Shown here one piece after another: positions 12,245 through 23,984 of a stretch of DNA of 64,000 bases. The DNA lies in NCBI RefSeq assembly GCF_016432865.1, contig NC_067401.1, forward strand, positions 39,618,001 through 39,682,000, read 5' to 3'. Source of the stretch: Antechinus flavipes. Lineage: Eukaryota. The notes under the pieces were generated by a model. That model ran no database searches. It was not told the origin of the DNA and saw only the letters and a program-made list of their open reading frames with translations. Numbering within the stretch: position 1 is the stretch's first letter; the number at the start of each line of letters is the position of its first letter. The translations under genes were made by a program, and so were the position numbers.

Positions 12245-13070
12245 ACACAAGGTGATTTTGGGGGTAGGAGAAATCAAGCATTTAGGATCTGGCAAGAGCT
12301 CATGCTTTTTGACATGGAAGAGAAATCTAGTCAAAAGATTCTCTTCCTCCCACATTCCTACCATAAATTTCCCCACTATGGTTCCCTTCATTTCACCTTT
12401 CCCCTTGAACTATCGCCCTGGATTCCAGGAAATACTAGAAATGGTTACTGAAGAAGCTTGTGCTTCTCCCTCTTTAAACACAGTCCCTTTCTTGCATTAA
12501 GCTAGTGGGAGTTCCAAGATTACAGTGGGATAAGGATTCTTACTTTCTTCCCTTCCTGTTCCATGAGTCTCCTAACTAACCAGTTTGAAGAGGAGAACAG
12601 GACTGCTCACCTTAGGCATGAGGAAAAAAAAAAAAGAGAGAGAGAGATGATTAGGTCTAATCTCTTGTTACTAGGACACTGGGCTTGTTTGCTTCTTTCC
12701 CCGACCTTTCCGGCTTTGGGCCATTTCTACCCAGTAACCTCTGTCTCAGGGGGCTTCATTGATTTTTCCCTCCAAACTATTTCAGTCTGTGTTCCAGTTC
12801 TGAAGTCCCTACTAATCATTGTTTCTCTTTCCCATTGTCCCTTTTCTATTGGGTTGCAAAGTTTGCCTGACCTGAAAAAAAGATCTACAATATTCTAACT
12901 CTCTAACTCTCCTGGCAGTCTGCCGGTACCCGGGGGCCTAGGAACTAAAGGCACTGTGGTAGCCACAGGCACCTCCACCTCCCTGACACTTCACTAGGCC
13001 TGGGCAAAGGAAGTGAGTCACACTCCTTGTCACACGGGCACTGTGGGTGTGGCCATACCAGCCCAGCAAT

Positions 13071-13505
13071 TGCCCGGGTGAGGGCATGAGTGAGACCAGC
13101 AGTGAGGTTAGGATTGCCAGGGCACCCATTGGGGTAAGACCGTAGGAGTAAGGACAAAGCTAATAACATCACCCCCATGCCAGATGAGAGCTTAGTTTCT
13201 TCTCCTCCGGACAGTTGCCTGCTTCCCTCCCTGACAGACAGCAAGAGCTTATAATCATTATCTTTATTGTTCAGGCCCTAACTAAACTCTCCTTCTGAGC
13301 AGTTCTGCCTCAAAACACACACGCCCCACCCCCAGAAAAGTTTTTGGTATTTTCCTTTCCTTGAACTGCGGCTAAGAGGATCAGGGTAGGGACTGAATAG
13401 AGATCTGGAAGTAACAGGTACCGCAGGGAAAAACGAATGACTAGTGCCAGACTGCGTGGTCACCCCCTCCATGGGTTGGAAGGAAGAATGAGGGGCAAGA
13501 GAAAA
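13071..13505 (-). repeat. Right arm of the inverted duplication
   Basis: tgcccgggtgagggcatgag...gaggggcaagagaaaa, the inverse of 11301-11744. Confidence 0.95.
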
Positions 13506-15199
13506 GTAACTATGAAAATGGAAAACTGGAAAGGTAGAGGGTATGCTGGGAGCATGAATGAATGCAAGGAAAAAGGAGAACCTAGCAGGCTTGAACAGTA
13601 GAGGGAGCTGGATCCCAAGAGGGCCTGGAACGGAACAATCAAAGGCAGATCTCCCTGGGTAGTATGCCGAAGGAGAGAGAATAGAGTAGGGAAAGAGATT
13701 TGGGAGAGGGAGGTGAAGGTGGGGAGGGAGAGGGGAGGAGGAAAAACTCAGCACAGCTCGATAAAGATTGGGAGGGGAGGAGGTTCTGGGGGGCTAGAGA
13801 AAGAACCTATTCTGGAGTGGGATAAAATGCTAGAAAAGGCCGATGGGGAAATTGGGAAAATATGAAGAGCAGCCTAGAAAACAACATAAAGAGAGAAATC
13901 GAGAGCTGGCCATCTAGGAAGAGTGGAAGGAATCTGGTATATACAATAGTCTTTGGTTCAGACCAAAAAATTGGGGTGTGTGGTCTAAAAGTGTATATCC
14001 CTTTTGCCAAAACTTATTAGTTCTCTTTTAAAATCTTTCTTATGATTATTCCAGAAAATCCAGGTTATGTGAGCACAACAGAGAAAGCGAAACTAGGAAA
14101 ATTAAAATTGGAAAGAGGTTTGGGAAAATGTTGATTTATTAAAAGGTACTGGGACGCTGGACTTGGCCTAAGAGGTTTATGAACAAAGTCTGCCAAGAAG
14201 TAGGTAGGACATAGATGGCAGAGCTGGGGAAGTAGAGGAAAGAAGGGCATCTGGGAAGCTCGGTTTTAGAGGCTAAAGGTGGGAATATGAAGGTTCAAGC
14301 TTGAGGCAGGATACCCCTGCACAAAGGTTAATAACTTAATTTATGGGAAACTTGTTAGCCTCCTTCACCTTTCTCTCTATACATGTAAGCCTCAGACCTA
14401 TTAGTCACATTCTCTGGAAATTGGAAAGGATGTCAGACAGGAGGTGATGATGACTAGAAATAATAGAACTGAATGATATTAACTTAGCCTGGCTCCTTAG
14501 AAAAGACTCTCAACAATGTTCATTTGCACCTTCCCCAGAGTGTTTGGGGGTGCACTGAGACCCAGGCACCCCAACACCAAAGTATGAAGAAGCATCAGCT
14601 AACACCTACTCTTTCTCCGCAAATTCTCCTTGGAAGACAGGATGGAAATGTGCGGAAATGACCAGTTGGAAGAATTGGAGATTGAGGCAATTGGGCTGAA
14701 ACTATGTAACCATGTATCTGTATCTGAGGCAAGAGTTACAATTGAGTGGAGGTGAATGGGACAGGGTACTATCTTTATCTCCCATTTTTATTATTCAGTC
14801 TAAATTGGCTCAAGAGCCTTCGGAACCCTCCTGTGCCCCAGGGGCAAGTTGAACCCTACCAAGATCACGTCTTCCCCCACCCCCTCCCAAGTCCTTTGCA
14901 AGATCCACCTTCCCGCAGTTCAAATATCTGACAGATCTTTGTGGTTAGAAAACTCCACTGACCTTGACAACTTCCCTCTCTGCTTAGGGAAGCCACTCAT
15001 TCGCAACTGAAGTGCTTTGAATTCAAGTGATAAAGGCACTTTTCCAAGATCGCGTTTCTACCTGTGGGGCTTAGCTAGGAACGAGGGGGTGGGGTGGGGC
15101 GGGCACGAGGGACGAATCTGTTTTCTGACCACTCAGAAGGTCCCCTACCTCGGCAGCCCGGCTCAGGCGAGGGTGGGTGGGAGTTCGATCTGTGGCTCG

Positions 15200-16250
15200 G
15201 CCATTGATTGCTAAGGTTTGTAGCAGACCCCCGCCCCCGCCCCCGCCCTCGCCCGACTCGGCCCAGCCCAGTCTCTCCCTCCCACTCCCCCAGCGCCCCG
15301 TAGGCTCCCGCGTTGCCTCTGACGGACGCGCTGGACTCCACTCTTTCTAGACTTGGGCTGGGATTCGGACTCCGCCGGCGGCGGGAGGAGGGAACGAGCG
15401 GGCAGGCGGGCAGGCGGAAGGGGGAGGAGAGGAGAGCAGCCGAGCCCTGTGGAGTCAGGGGGTGGGGGAAGAAGGGCGGACGGAGGAGGTGAGAGCAGAG
15501 GACAGCCCGGCCACCGCGGACGCTGCCAAGTAAGTCTGCACTCGCCTGCAAGCTCCGGGGGCCCCGCGGAGAGGGCGCACGGGGGGCAAGGGGAAGAAGT
15601 CCGACGGGGGGGGGGGGTCCGGGAGAGGTTGGTCCGGACCGAGGGGCGCCCTGGCTCGTGGCTGGCGCTGCCCCGGCTCCCAGGGTTACCCGCTGGCGGC
15701 CCGCCCAGCCCCCGGGGCTGGGGAGCAGACTAGGCGCCCGAACTGCCGGGCTCCGGGAAGGGGGGGGGGGCAGTGCCGGGACCGGAGCGGCCGCTGCCTC
15801 CCAGGCCTCCGCCTGTTCTGCTCATGGCGGCCGGAGCTTGGGGGGGAGGGAAGGGACGGTCAGGGGAGGGACGAGGCCTGAGTCGGGCCTGGCCGGGGCC
15901 CCCGGCTGCGGGCCCCACCGAGGCGGGGCCCGTGTACGTTCCCCTTAGCCAGCGCGGGGCTCTGCCTTCCTCCAGCCCCTTTCGCGCCAGGCTTAGCGAT
16001 TTCTCCCGCCGGGCAACAGGTCCGGGAGGGAAGCCTCGCCCAGGACCACGAAAGGGTGCGGGCCTGGCCCTCGATCCTGGAGGTGAGGCTAAAGAGCCAG
16101 CCAAATAATCCTGAGCCGCAGGGTGCCCTCCCGGCTGCAGGGGGCCGGGCTGCGTGTCACCCCATGTGCCAGCATAGAAGGAAAAGGGCGGCGTGGCGAG
16201 ACCACCTCGGAGAGACTAGCGGCCACATCTGCTTAACGGGAAACGGGAAG
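15200..16250 (+). promoter_or_regulatory. CERS2: CERS2 CpG-island promoter
   Basis: Very GC- and CpG-dense; tandem Sp1 GC boxes ccccgcccccgccccgccc at ~15229-15248. Confidence 0.85.
15370..15529 (+). other. CERS2: CERS2 non-coding exon 1 (5' start approximate)
   Basis: Donor CCAA|GTAAGT at 15530, downstream of the GC boxes; the ATG exon carries only 1 nt of UTR. Confidence 0.65.
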
Positions 16251-19200
16251 GAGGGGTTAAGAAAGGCAGCCCTGGTTCCTCTGGGCCTGCCACTCCTGCA
16301 CCGTTATGGGGTGTGTATGTGTGCGGGCTGGGCTGGCCGGCCCGGGGGGGGGAGTTTGATGCTGGTTGAGCTGGTTCTCTCTATTGCAGGCTGCTAATTA
16401 CAGAAGTGGGAAAGGCAAATTGACAGGCGGCTTAATTGCAGGTGTTTGGCTAAAGTAACTGGCCCATCTTGGGGTTTCTTTTACTCCTAGGTTCTTAGCT
16501 CCTTCTGACCGTCCCCATTAAGTTTTAGCTTGAGTTGTTTGTTCCTTGTTGGCTCAAAAGCCCTAACTTCGTTGTCTGGAAGTTCTAGACAAAGCACACT
16601 GGTCTCTGAGGTTCTTTGGAACCCGGCTACTCTCTGTGGACCTTTTCCCTTCAGAGTATCAGGTTGAGAAGGGCTTTGACAGGGGTTTTCTCTCCCGTTT
16701 CCATTAGGTCTATTGGGGAGCTGTCACTAACTGGGTGGGCATGTCGGTGCATAAGAAGCTTCAGTGACTTTATATTTTATTGTGTCTGAGCATATATTTC
16801 CTTGTGTTTGTTGTTTTGTATGTGTAACTATGTCCCTGGCTGTCTTTTAATCGAATCCTTTAGATTTTGCTCTGTCTGAGAATGAGAAGTCTTGTTCCAA
16901 AGAGAGCTTCATTTTTTCTTCTACTACTCCCTTTGCCAGTGCAATTTGTTTACTGTCTTCTAGAAGTCTAGAAAAAAGATTCTTTTTTTCCCTTCTTCTT
17001 TATCTTCCCATTCTTTTTTCTTACCTTGTTTTTTTAGCTTTCTTACTTGTCAACTTGTCCCTGCCCTCAGGGTTAGAAATCTTACCTGCTTACTCAGCCT
17101 GGGCCTGTTGTGTTTGGGTGCTGGGCTCCTAGGTAGGGACCCAGCTGGGCTTTGTGTCAGGTGACCTTAAATAAGACCTGAGGGCCCTTTTCTTCTTGTT
17201 TTTTCTATATCCCATTACTAACCTTATTTTGGGGGGTTGGGAGTGAGGAAGAAAGGTAGAGTGTTTACCGAATTGCCTGAATTTGGCTCTCCTGCCTTCA
17301 TCTTTCCTCTTCCAGCTTTTTCCACTGTGTTTCCCCAGAGGTTGCCTTTTAACTTGAAAATAAAGTTTACGAGAGCTTCCAAAGTTTTTCTAGTCCCAGA
17401 TTTTATAGTTACCCTGCAAAAGATTACAGGAGGCTGAAATTATAACTGGTCTCCCTTTGACCCGTATGCTTCTATCTCTAGACCAGCTCTTTGACCCCTA
17501 CCCCCCCCTCCCCAAACAAAAAGAGTTGTGAGGAAGGTTAGGGTTAGAATGAGAAGAGGTAAGGGATGGGCTGGGCAGCTCCCAGCTCAAGTTCCTTGTA
17601 ACTGAATGCCTAGGAAATCTCTGCCGTCCTGGCAGCTTTCCAGCCTTTGCCTCAGAAAGTGGTGTCTGTGTTTCCAGAGGAGGGAGAACTGCTCTTTGTG
17701 TCTGTGTGTGTCTGTTTCTTTGTGTTTAGGGGGCAATCCTGGGAGTGGAAAGGTTTGTATTGAGTAAGGTGAGGGGAAGTGTGCAAGTCCAGGACCCACT
17801 CTGAAGAGCGGGAACTAAGCTGGTAGTGAAGGGAGCAAATGTTCTCTCTGTGAGTTTCCTGGCTCTGGGCTCTCACTTTTGTTCTTTCTCACTGGCTCGT
17901 GGGTCCGAAGAAGCCCACTGGAGAAGGGGGCAGGAGCCTGAAAGCTTTACGGGAAGCAGAACTTAAGAGCAGAGCTATGCACATCTGTTCCATGTACCTG
18001 ATTTGTTTCCCTGCTGTGCTTCTCTCTGTCCTGCCTGGCGGGCTGAGGGATTAAGGGAGCTGCTGCTAATGGAGGCAGAGGAGAGTGGGCAAAGGCTGTT
18101 TGGGAGGGCTGTGGTTAGAGAGAGCCTGAAACATAGGAGAGAACGCCATTATTTTTCATTATTCCAATCATTGCGAAACATCCACTTTACCTTGATCCTG
18201 GGAGAAGGGTGGAGGAGGGGAGGCCTTATGCTTGAGCTGGTTACTCCTAGTCCTTTCCTTGCTAACATCCCCGCTCCCTTAAACCCTCCCTCCTGACCCC
18301 AACCCCATCCAAGAACAAGATGTACCTGGGCTTCTGGAGTCGAAAAAGCAAAGGCAAAGAGATGCTTTCTTACCACAGTCTTCAGGACCTTTGCCAAGAT
18401 CTCTAAGCACTTAATTTTCACAGAAATCCAGAAGGATTTGCGTGAAATGCTCTGCTGGCCATCCTTCTCGCCTCTTATTGGGTGAAAGGACAACCAGAAC
18501 CTAGTTCTGATATCTGATAGGATTTATATTTCATGAGAAGGATCAACCCAGTATAAAGCCCATTTGGTAGGCTGATTTGTCTGGAACTGGAAATTTTGTG
18601 TGGCAGAGGGAGGAAAAGAAAAGAGGGGAGTAGTTGAGGGGTATGGACATGTCCCAGGTAGAACTCTAATCCCCACTAGAGTGGGGACTAGTGCCTTAAG
18701 GCAAAATTATTATTAAGCCTCCTACCTTATCTCTTCCTTTTTTTCAGTTGTACTCATTACCTCCCATATTGCTTTTGTTTGGGGAGAAGGGAGAGATAAG
18801 GTTGAGGGGGAGATTTCACTATAGATAATTTTATTAGTCTCATTTAAAAAGGTTTCATTTCACTTTCAAGTCAAATCATTTAATCCCTCAGAGAAAGAGG
18901 GTGAAAAGGTCTTAGTTTAGGCGGAGAACCGAGTTGAGGGCGGGGAGGGCCCTAAGCTTCTTTAGTTTTTGTGACTCCTGAGGGCAGTGTTCAAGGAGGG
19001 GAAGTGGTGAATACTAGAGGGTAAAGTCCTTGTGCTGGGAGTATTTGCCCATGTCTGACAAGAGTTTGGATTTCGAAAGATCTCCGAAGGGGGTGGGGGA
19101 AAAGGGAGGAAGAGGATGATAGGGCCAAGCTGTGTTATGATCTGAGGACTTAAGTCTTCTGCCATCTCCCCAAAGTCCTCATGAGGAGGAAGAGGCCATT

Positions 19201-20324
19201 TTTCTCTTGCCAAAACATTCTGGGAATTCTGAGGGGGGGCACAATTCTTTGTCAATGACCTCTCTTGAAAATGGAATAAAGATAGGGATGGAGAGCCTGG
19301 AAATCTGGTCTCTTCATCTCTACACCATCATTATGTAGTAATTCAATAGGGCCATCTTGTTTACTCACTTTCTTGGGTTCTTGCGGGATTGTTAGGTTTT
19401 ACCCTAACCCCAGCCTTTTCTACTTTGTCTCCAGATCACCCTGCTCCTCCTTTTCTCCAAGCAGTCCTTACAGCCCCACTCTCCCTTTCATCCCCTTAGG
19501 AGGTGGTGGTAGTGAGAGCCCCAGTTCCCAATGTCCATGTAGCAACCTTTCTCTGAGATTTCCCAAGCTCCCTGCCCCCAGCTTGGTATTCTTTCTGGAC
19601 AAGTTCTAACACGAAGTAGTTCTTAATCCTTCTAAACTTTGGGACCTGCCACTGCTCTGCTTCCTCCTTCCCCCACGGACCTGGGACCTTGAAGAAGTGA
19701 GTCAGTCTGTAAGACTGCTTGAATGAATGAAGATCTGGGTGGTCTGGGGTCATGTGTCCAGTGCCTACAAGTGCAGAGTTTGGCCCGTGGCCCAGAGTCT
19801 CATAGGTTAACTCTTAGCTACAGTTTCTTCACCTATTGTCTCCTGTTTAGTCAGCCACCCCTTTCTCTGGTCGCTGCTTCTAGATCTTTGTGGGCCCCTC
19901 CATTAGTGGCCCATGGGGAAGAGGGGAAATTTCCCCTCGTTCTGGAAGTCTCTCTTGCCTGCCCTCCGAGAGGCTTCCTCGGGTAGGGTCGCTTTAGGAG
20001 TGGGCAACATGGAAGGAGGGGCAGTGGGAAGGTTATTCTGCCTTTAGTCGGTTTTAGCAGCTGCTGGAAGCTTAAGCATTACTAAGTGGATTGAAGCAAA
20101 CCAGAGCTGTGGCCCCCCATCCTGGGTCCAGAAGGGAAGTCCGGACCCTAAGTTCATATTTACAGGAGCCTGGAGAAGGAAGACTTTTGCACACTCTGGG
20201 ATGACTATCCTTCCAACCCAAACATTCACTCCGTAAGCCTCGTCGTGGTTCCTTAGGATGTCCTAACATCCCTGGCAGCCCCTCTTTCTGACGCCTTTCC
20301 CCCCCATCTCTTGGGCTCTCTAGG

Positions 20325-20497
20325 ATGCTGCAGACCCTCTATGATTACTTCTGGTGGGAGCGATTGTGGCTACCTGTGAACCTGACCTGGGCTGACCTGG
20401 AGGACCGCGATGGGCGCATCTACGCCAAGGCTTCTGACCTTTACATCACTTTGCCCTTGGCTCTGCTCTTCCTTATTATCCGATACTTCTTCGAGAT
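20325..20497 (+). CDS. CERS2: CERS2 coding exon 1
   Basis: ag|G ATG; [15 protein letters not shown]...YFFE; donor gtgagc. Confidence 0.96.
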
Positions 20498-23400
20498 GTG
20501 AGCATCCCGCCCTTCTGCCTGCCTTTCCCACCTGCTCTCTCTGAGGTCTTTCAGCTGGCAGTCATTGGTGGCCAGGCCTTGGTGTCCCCACTTTGCCCTC
20601 CCCGTAAAGGCCGGCATTGTCTGCCTGAGGCTTTAGCTCCCCCAGGCCATTCTTTGAATAGCCATTTGTTTCTTCCCCTCCCCCAGGCCACTGGTAGACA
20701 CAAGCTGCTTTGTCCAGAGCTGTGGGAAACAAAGGAGGCCAGAGGGGGTGCCAGGGAACCTTTCTCTCACCCTGAGCTGGGGAAACTGAGGCCTTAGAGA
20801 AGGTTCTAGGCGCCTAGTCTCTTCCCCCTCCCCCACCTCAGATGTCATAGGGGGTCCTTGAAAAGGACAGTCCCTCTCCTTAACCAGATGCCTTTCCCAG
20901 TTATGTGGCTACCCCGCTGGCTGCCCTCCTAAATGTGAAGGAGAAGACCCGACTTCGAGCATCGCCCAACCCAACCCTGGAGAACTTCTACTGCACCAGT
21001 GGCAAACACCCCAAACAGGTATGGAGGAGGGGAGCCTCAAGGCCCCCGGGCCGCCCCTCCCAGGTGCACCTGACCCATTGGATGCCAGATCCTAGCAGGG
21101 GAGGGAGAGAAGGAGGTGAGCGCCAGAGGGAAGTGATTGGTGAGGCAGGAGGAAAACGGAGAGTTCTGGCTTTGCAGCCAAAAGATCTTGGCTCACTGGC
21201 TCTGCTCTTTGCCTCTTGGGTGACTTCTGGCCAAGCATTTAACCCCTTTTGACCAGTTTCATCTAAAATGAGAGGATTGTATGTCACATGAGCTTTCCCC
21301 TCCTTCCCAGCTCTGAAATGATGCTCCTTGGGCCTGTCAGTGCTAGAGAATAAAGGCCTTCATTTTGGGGGCAAGGTTTGTGGCTGAAATCTAGTGCCCT
21401 AGCCAGAGGAGTGGGTGCAGAAAGAAGGCAAAGGAGGGTTAGGGGATTGGGGAAAGGAATTAGGGAGGCAGCGTCAGAGATCAGCCGGATTCTCTGTCCA
21501 AGCAGTCACTGCGAGCTTTTCCGTCTCTCCCCAACCCTCTCAGGCAGAGGTGGAGCTCTTGTCCCGGAAGAGCGGGCTCTCTAGCCGTCAGGTGGAGCGA
21601 TGGTTCCGGAGACGCCGAAATCAGGACCGGCCGAGTCTGCTCAAGAAGTTCCGAGAGGCCAGGTTGCAGGGGAGCCAGGGCTGCCGGGCGGAGGGATTAG
21701 GGAGTGGCGGGGTGTGGGAAAGGATGAAATAGAGATGGGTCTTGATGGAGGGGGTGAAGGGTCTGGAGGGCAGGCAGGGAGCCCAGGGTCTGCTCCCTAG
21801 TGCCGTCCCACTGAGCGCCTTTGCTTCTTCCTTCAGTTGGAGATTCACCTTTTATCTCATTGCCTTCATCGCCGGCATGGCCGTCATTGTGGATGTGAGT
21901 TGAGGGCATGAGGGAGGAGTTGGAGGTTGTCAGGTGGAGACTGACTTATAAGACTTGGTTCCCCCTTCAGTATTTCAGTTCCTCTGATTTGCCACTATCT
22001 TTTCTCAGAAACCTTGGTTCTATGACATGAAAGAAGTATGGAAAGGTTATCCCATACAGGTACGAGAAGGGGGGACTATAGCTCCTCATCAGGGGCGAGA
22101 GGCATAAAAGGTTTTGGTGGGGGGGAGATGGAGGGAATCTGTAACATCCTTGGGAGCTACTGAGAAGAGAGATCTGAAGGTTCTGGGGGAGACTCCTTGT
22201 TGGGGTAAAATGCATACCCTAGAATCGATGAATGAGTGTAGTGGGAGTGGGTGGGTGAGGCTTTTGGAAAGCACCTGTGCTTTGGTGAGCAGTTTTCCTT
22301 CCTTTCTCCTAGTCTACCATCCCTTCTCAGTACTGGTATTACATGATAGAACTCTCCTTCTACTGGTCCCTACTCTTCAGTATTGCTTCTGATGTGAAAC
22401 GAAAGGTAGGTCCACAACTGGCAGAGGGACGGTTTGGAGAGTCCTCTAGGTACGGGATCCTCCTGTTTATTGCTAGAAGCTCTCATTTGTCTGTTCAGTT
22501 GTGCTAAATTTGAAAGTTAGCAGCCATGCCAGATCTCAGACTCTTCCTTTGATTTGAGACTTAACTCTTTAGTGTCATGGGCCCCTTTCGCAGTCTGTTG
22601 AAACCTATGAACCCCTTTTCCAGATGTTTTTAGATGAATTAGAATGAGATAGAATTACCAAGTCTGTTGAGATAGATGTGAATTTTTTCCACACCACCCA
22701 AACTTTTGTAGACCCCCTCACCTTGGGGTTCATGGACCCAAGTTTAGGAATCCCTACTTTAGAAAGTAGGGCAGAAGGGGCAAGGGTTGGAAGATATCTT
22801 GAAGAAGGAAAGAGGGAACTGTGGGATTGGGGAACAGAAAAATTCTCATCTCATGATGAGAATAATGTCCTCCTTAGGATTTCAAAGAACAGGTGATCCA
22901 CCATGTGGCCACTATCATACTCATCAGCTTCTCCTGGTTTGCCAACTATATCCGGGCTGGGACGCTCATCATGGCTCTCCATGACTCCTCTGACTACCTG
23001 CTGGAGGTCAGGATTCCCCTGGATTCCCCTAACCCAAGATCCCAGACCAGATCACTCTTCCCCTGCCCCCTTTGCCTCCTTTAGGGATGTTGGGTTGGGC
23101 TAAGGGGTCAATACCAATGTCCTGGTCTTATCTGTATGTACAAATAATAGACATACACACCCACATTACTTATGTATGTCGGAGGGGGACTTGGGCCCTT
23201 GATGATGGCTACAGAGGGCTGGGGGTGTCTGTGCAGTCAGCCAAGATGTTTAACTACGCTGGATGGAAAAATACGTGCAACACTATCTTCATTGTCTTCG
23301 CCATTGTCTTCATCATCACTCGATTGGTCATCTTGCCCTTCTGGTGAGTGGGAGCCAGGGGTGCTGCCTGCATCGGGGGTGGGTCTCTGTCCCCCTCGCC

Positions 23401-23984
23401 CCAGACTGTGTGACCTCATCTTCCCTGGGCCCCCTATTTCCAGTTTTCCCCTCTCTGCCCCGCAGGATCCTGCACTGCACAATAGTGTACCCTCTGCAGC
23501 TGTATCCTGCCTTTTTTGGATATTACTTCTTCAACTCCATGATGGGTGTGCTACAAGTGCTGCATATCTTCTGGGCCTACCTCATCCTTCGCATGGCCCA
23601 CAAATTTGTAACTGGAAAGGTGAGGACTCTCCATTTTGGGGGCTCCTTTGCTAAGTAAGCATGGGTTCCTCTAACCCCCATTGAGTTTTCTTCGTTCCTA
23701 ACAAGAGGAAGGCCTTCCTACTCCTGAGCACCGGCACTTAGGCCTCTTTCACATTAAGTGTGTTCACCTGTTTAAACATCAGGTAGGACCCTGAGGAGAG
23801 GGAGTAGAGGAGTTTCCAATCTTTGCCCCCCTTTCTTCTGTAGCTGGTAGAAGATGAGCGCAGCGATCGGGAGGAGACGGAAAGCTCTGAGGGCGATGAG
23901 GCTATCACCAGTGGGGGAATGAAGAACCATCATCTAGCCAACGGTCACCCCATCCTTAACAATAACCACAGAAAAAATGACTGA
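20325..23984 (+). CDS. CERS2: Ceramide synthase 2 (LASS2), complete spliced CDS, 380 aa
   Basis: Exons 20325-20497, 20901-21018, 21544-21662, 21837-21894, 22009-22059, 22313-22405, 22878-23006, 23237-23343, 23466-23619, 23844-23984 total 1143 nt. Runs [30 protein letters not shown] to [14 protein letters not shown]; includes the Hox-like domain ([16 protein letters not shown]) and Lag1p motif (HHVATIIL...LHDSSD). Confidence 0.98.
20901..21018 (+). CDS. CERS2: CERS2 coding exon 2
   Basis: [39 protein letters not shown], 118 nt. Confidence 0.96.
21165..21320 (+). mobile_element. MIR/core-SINE in CERS2 intron
   Basis: gggtgacttctggccaagcatttaacc...ccagtttcatctaaaatgagaggattg...tcccagctctgaaat. 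Confidence 0.65.
21544..21662 (+). CDS. CERS2: CERS2 coding exon 3
   Basis: [39 protein letters not shown], 119 nt. Confidence 0.96.
21837..21894 (+). CDS. CERS2: CERS2 coding exon 4
   Basis: [19 protein letters not shown], 58 nt. Confidence 0.96.
22009..22059 (+). CDS. CERS2: CERS2 coding exon 5
   Basis: [17 protein letters not shown], 51 nt. Confidence 0.96.
22313..22405 (+). CDS. CERS2: CERS2 coding exon 6
   Basis: [31 protein letters not shown], 93 nt. Confidence 0.96.
22878..23006 (+). CDS. CERS2: CERS2 coding exon 7
   Basis: [43 protein letters not shown], 129 nt. Confidence 0.96.
23237..23343 (+). CDS. CERS2: CERS2 coding exon 8
   Basis: [35 protein letters not shown], 107 nt. Confidence 0.96.
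23466..23619 (+). CDS. CERS2: CERS2 coding exon 9
   Basis: [51 protein letters not shown], 154 nt. Confidence 0.96.
23844..23984 (+). CDS. CERS2: CERS2 last coding exon
   Basis: [46 protein letters not shown]. Confidence 0.96.
   Translation: MVEDERSDREETESSEGDEAITSGGMKNHHLANGHPILNNNHRKND

Noticed and set aside
11670-12391. Y/I/F-rich hydrophobic ORFs
   Set aside because: Translations of the AT-rich minisatellite.
15075-16397. Several 96-158 aa ORFs on both strands
   Set aside because: They lie in the CERS2 CpG island, where stop codons are depleted; the translations are low-complexity G/R/P/A with no homology.
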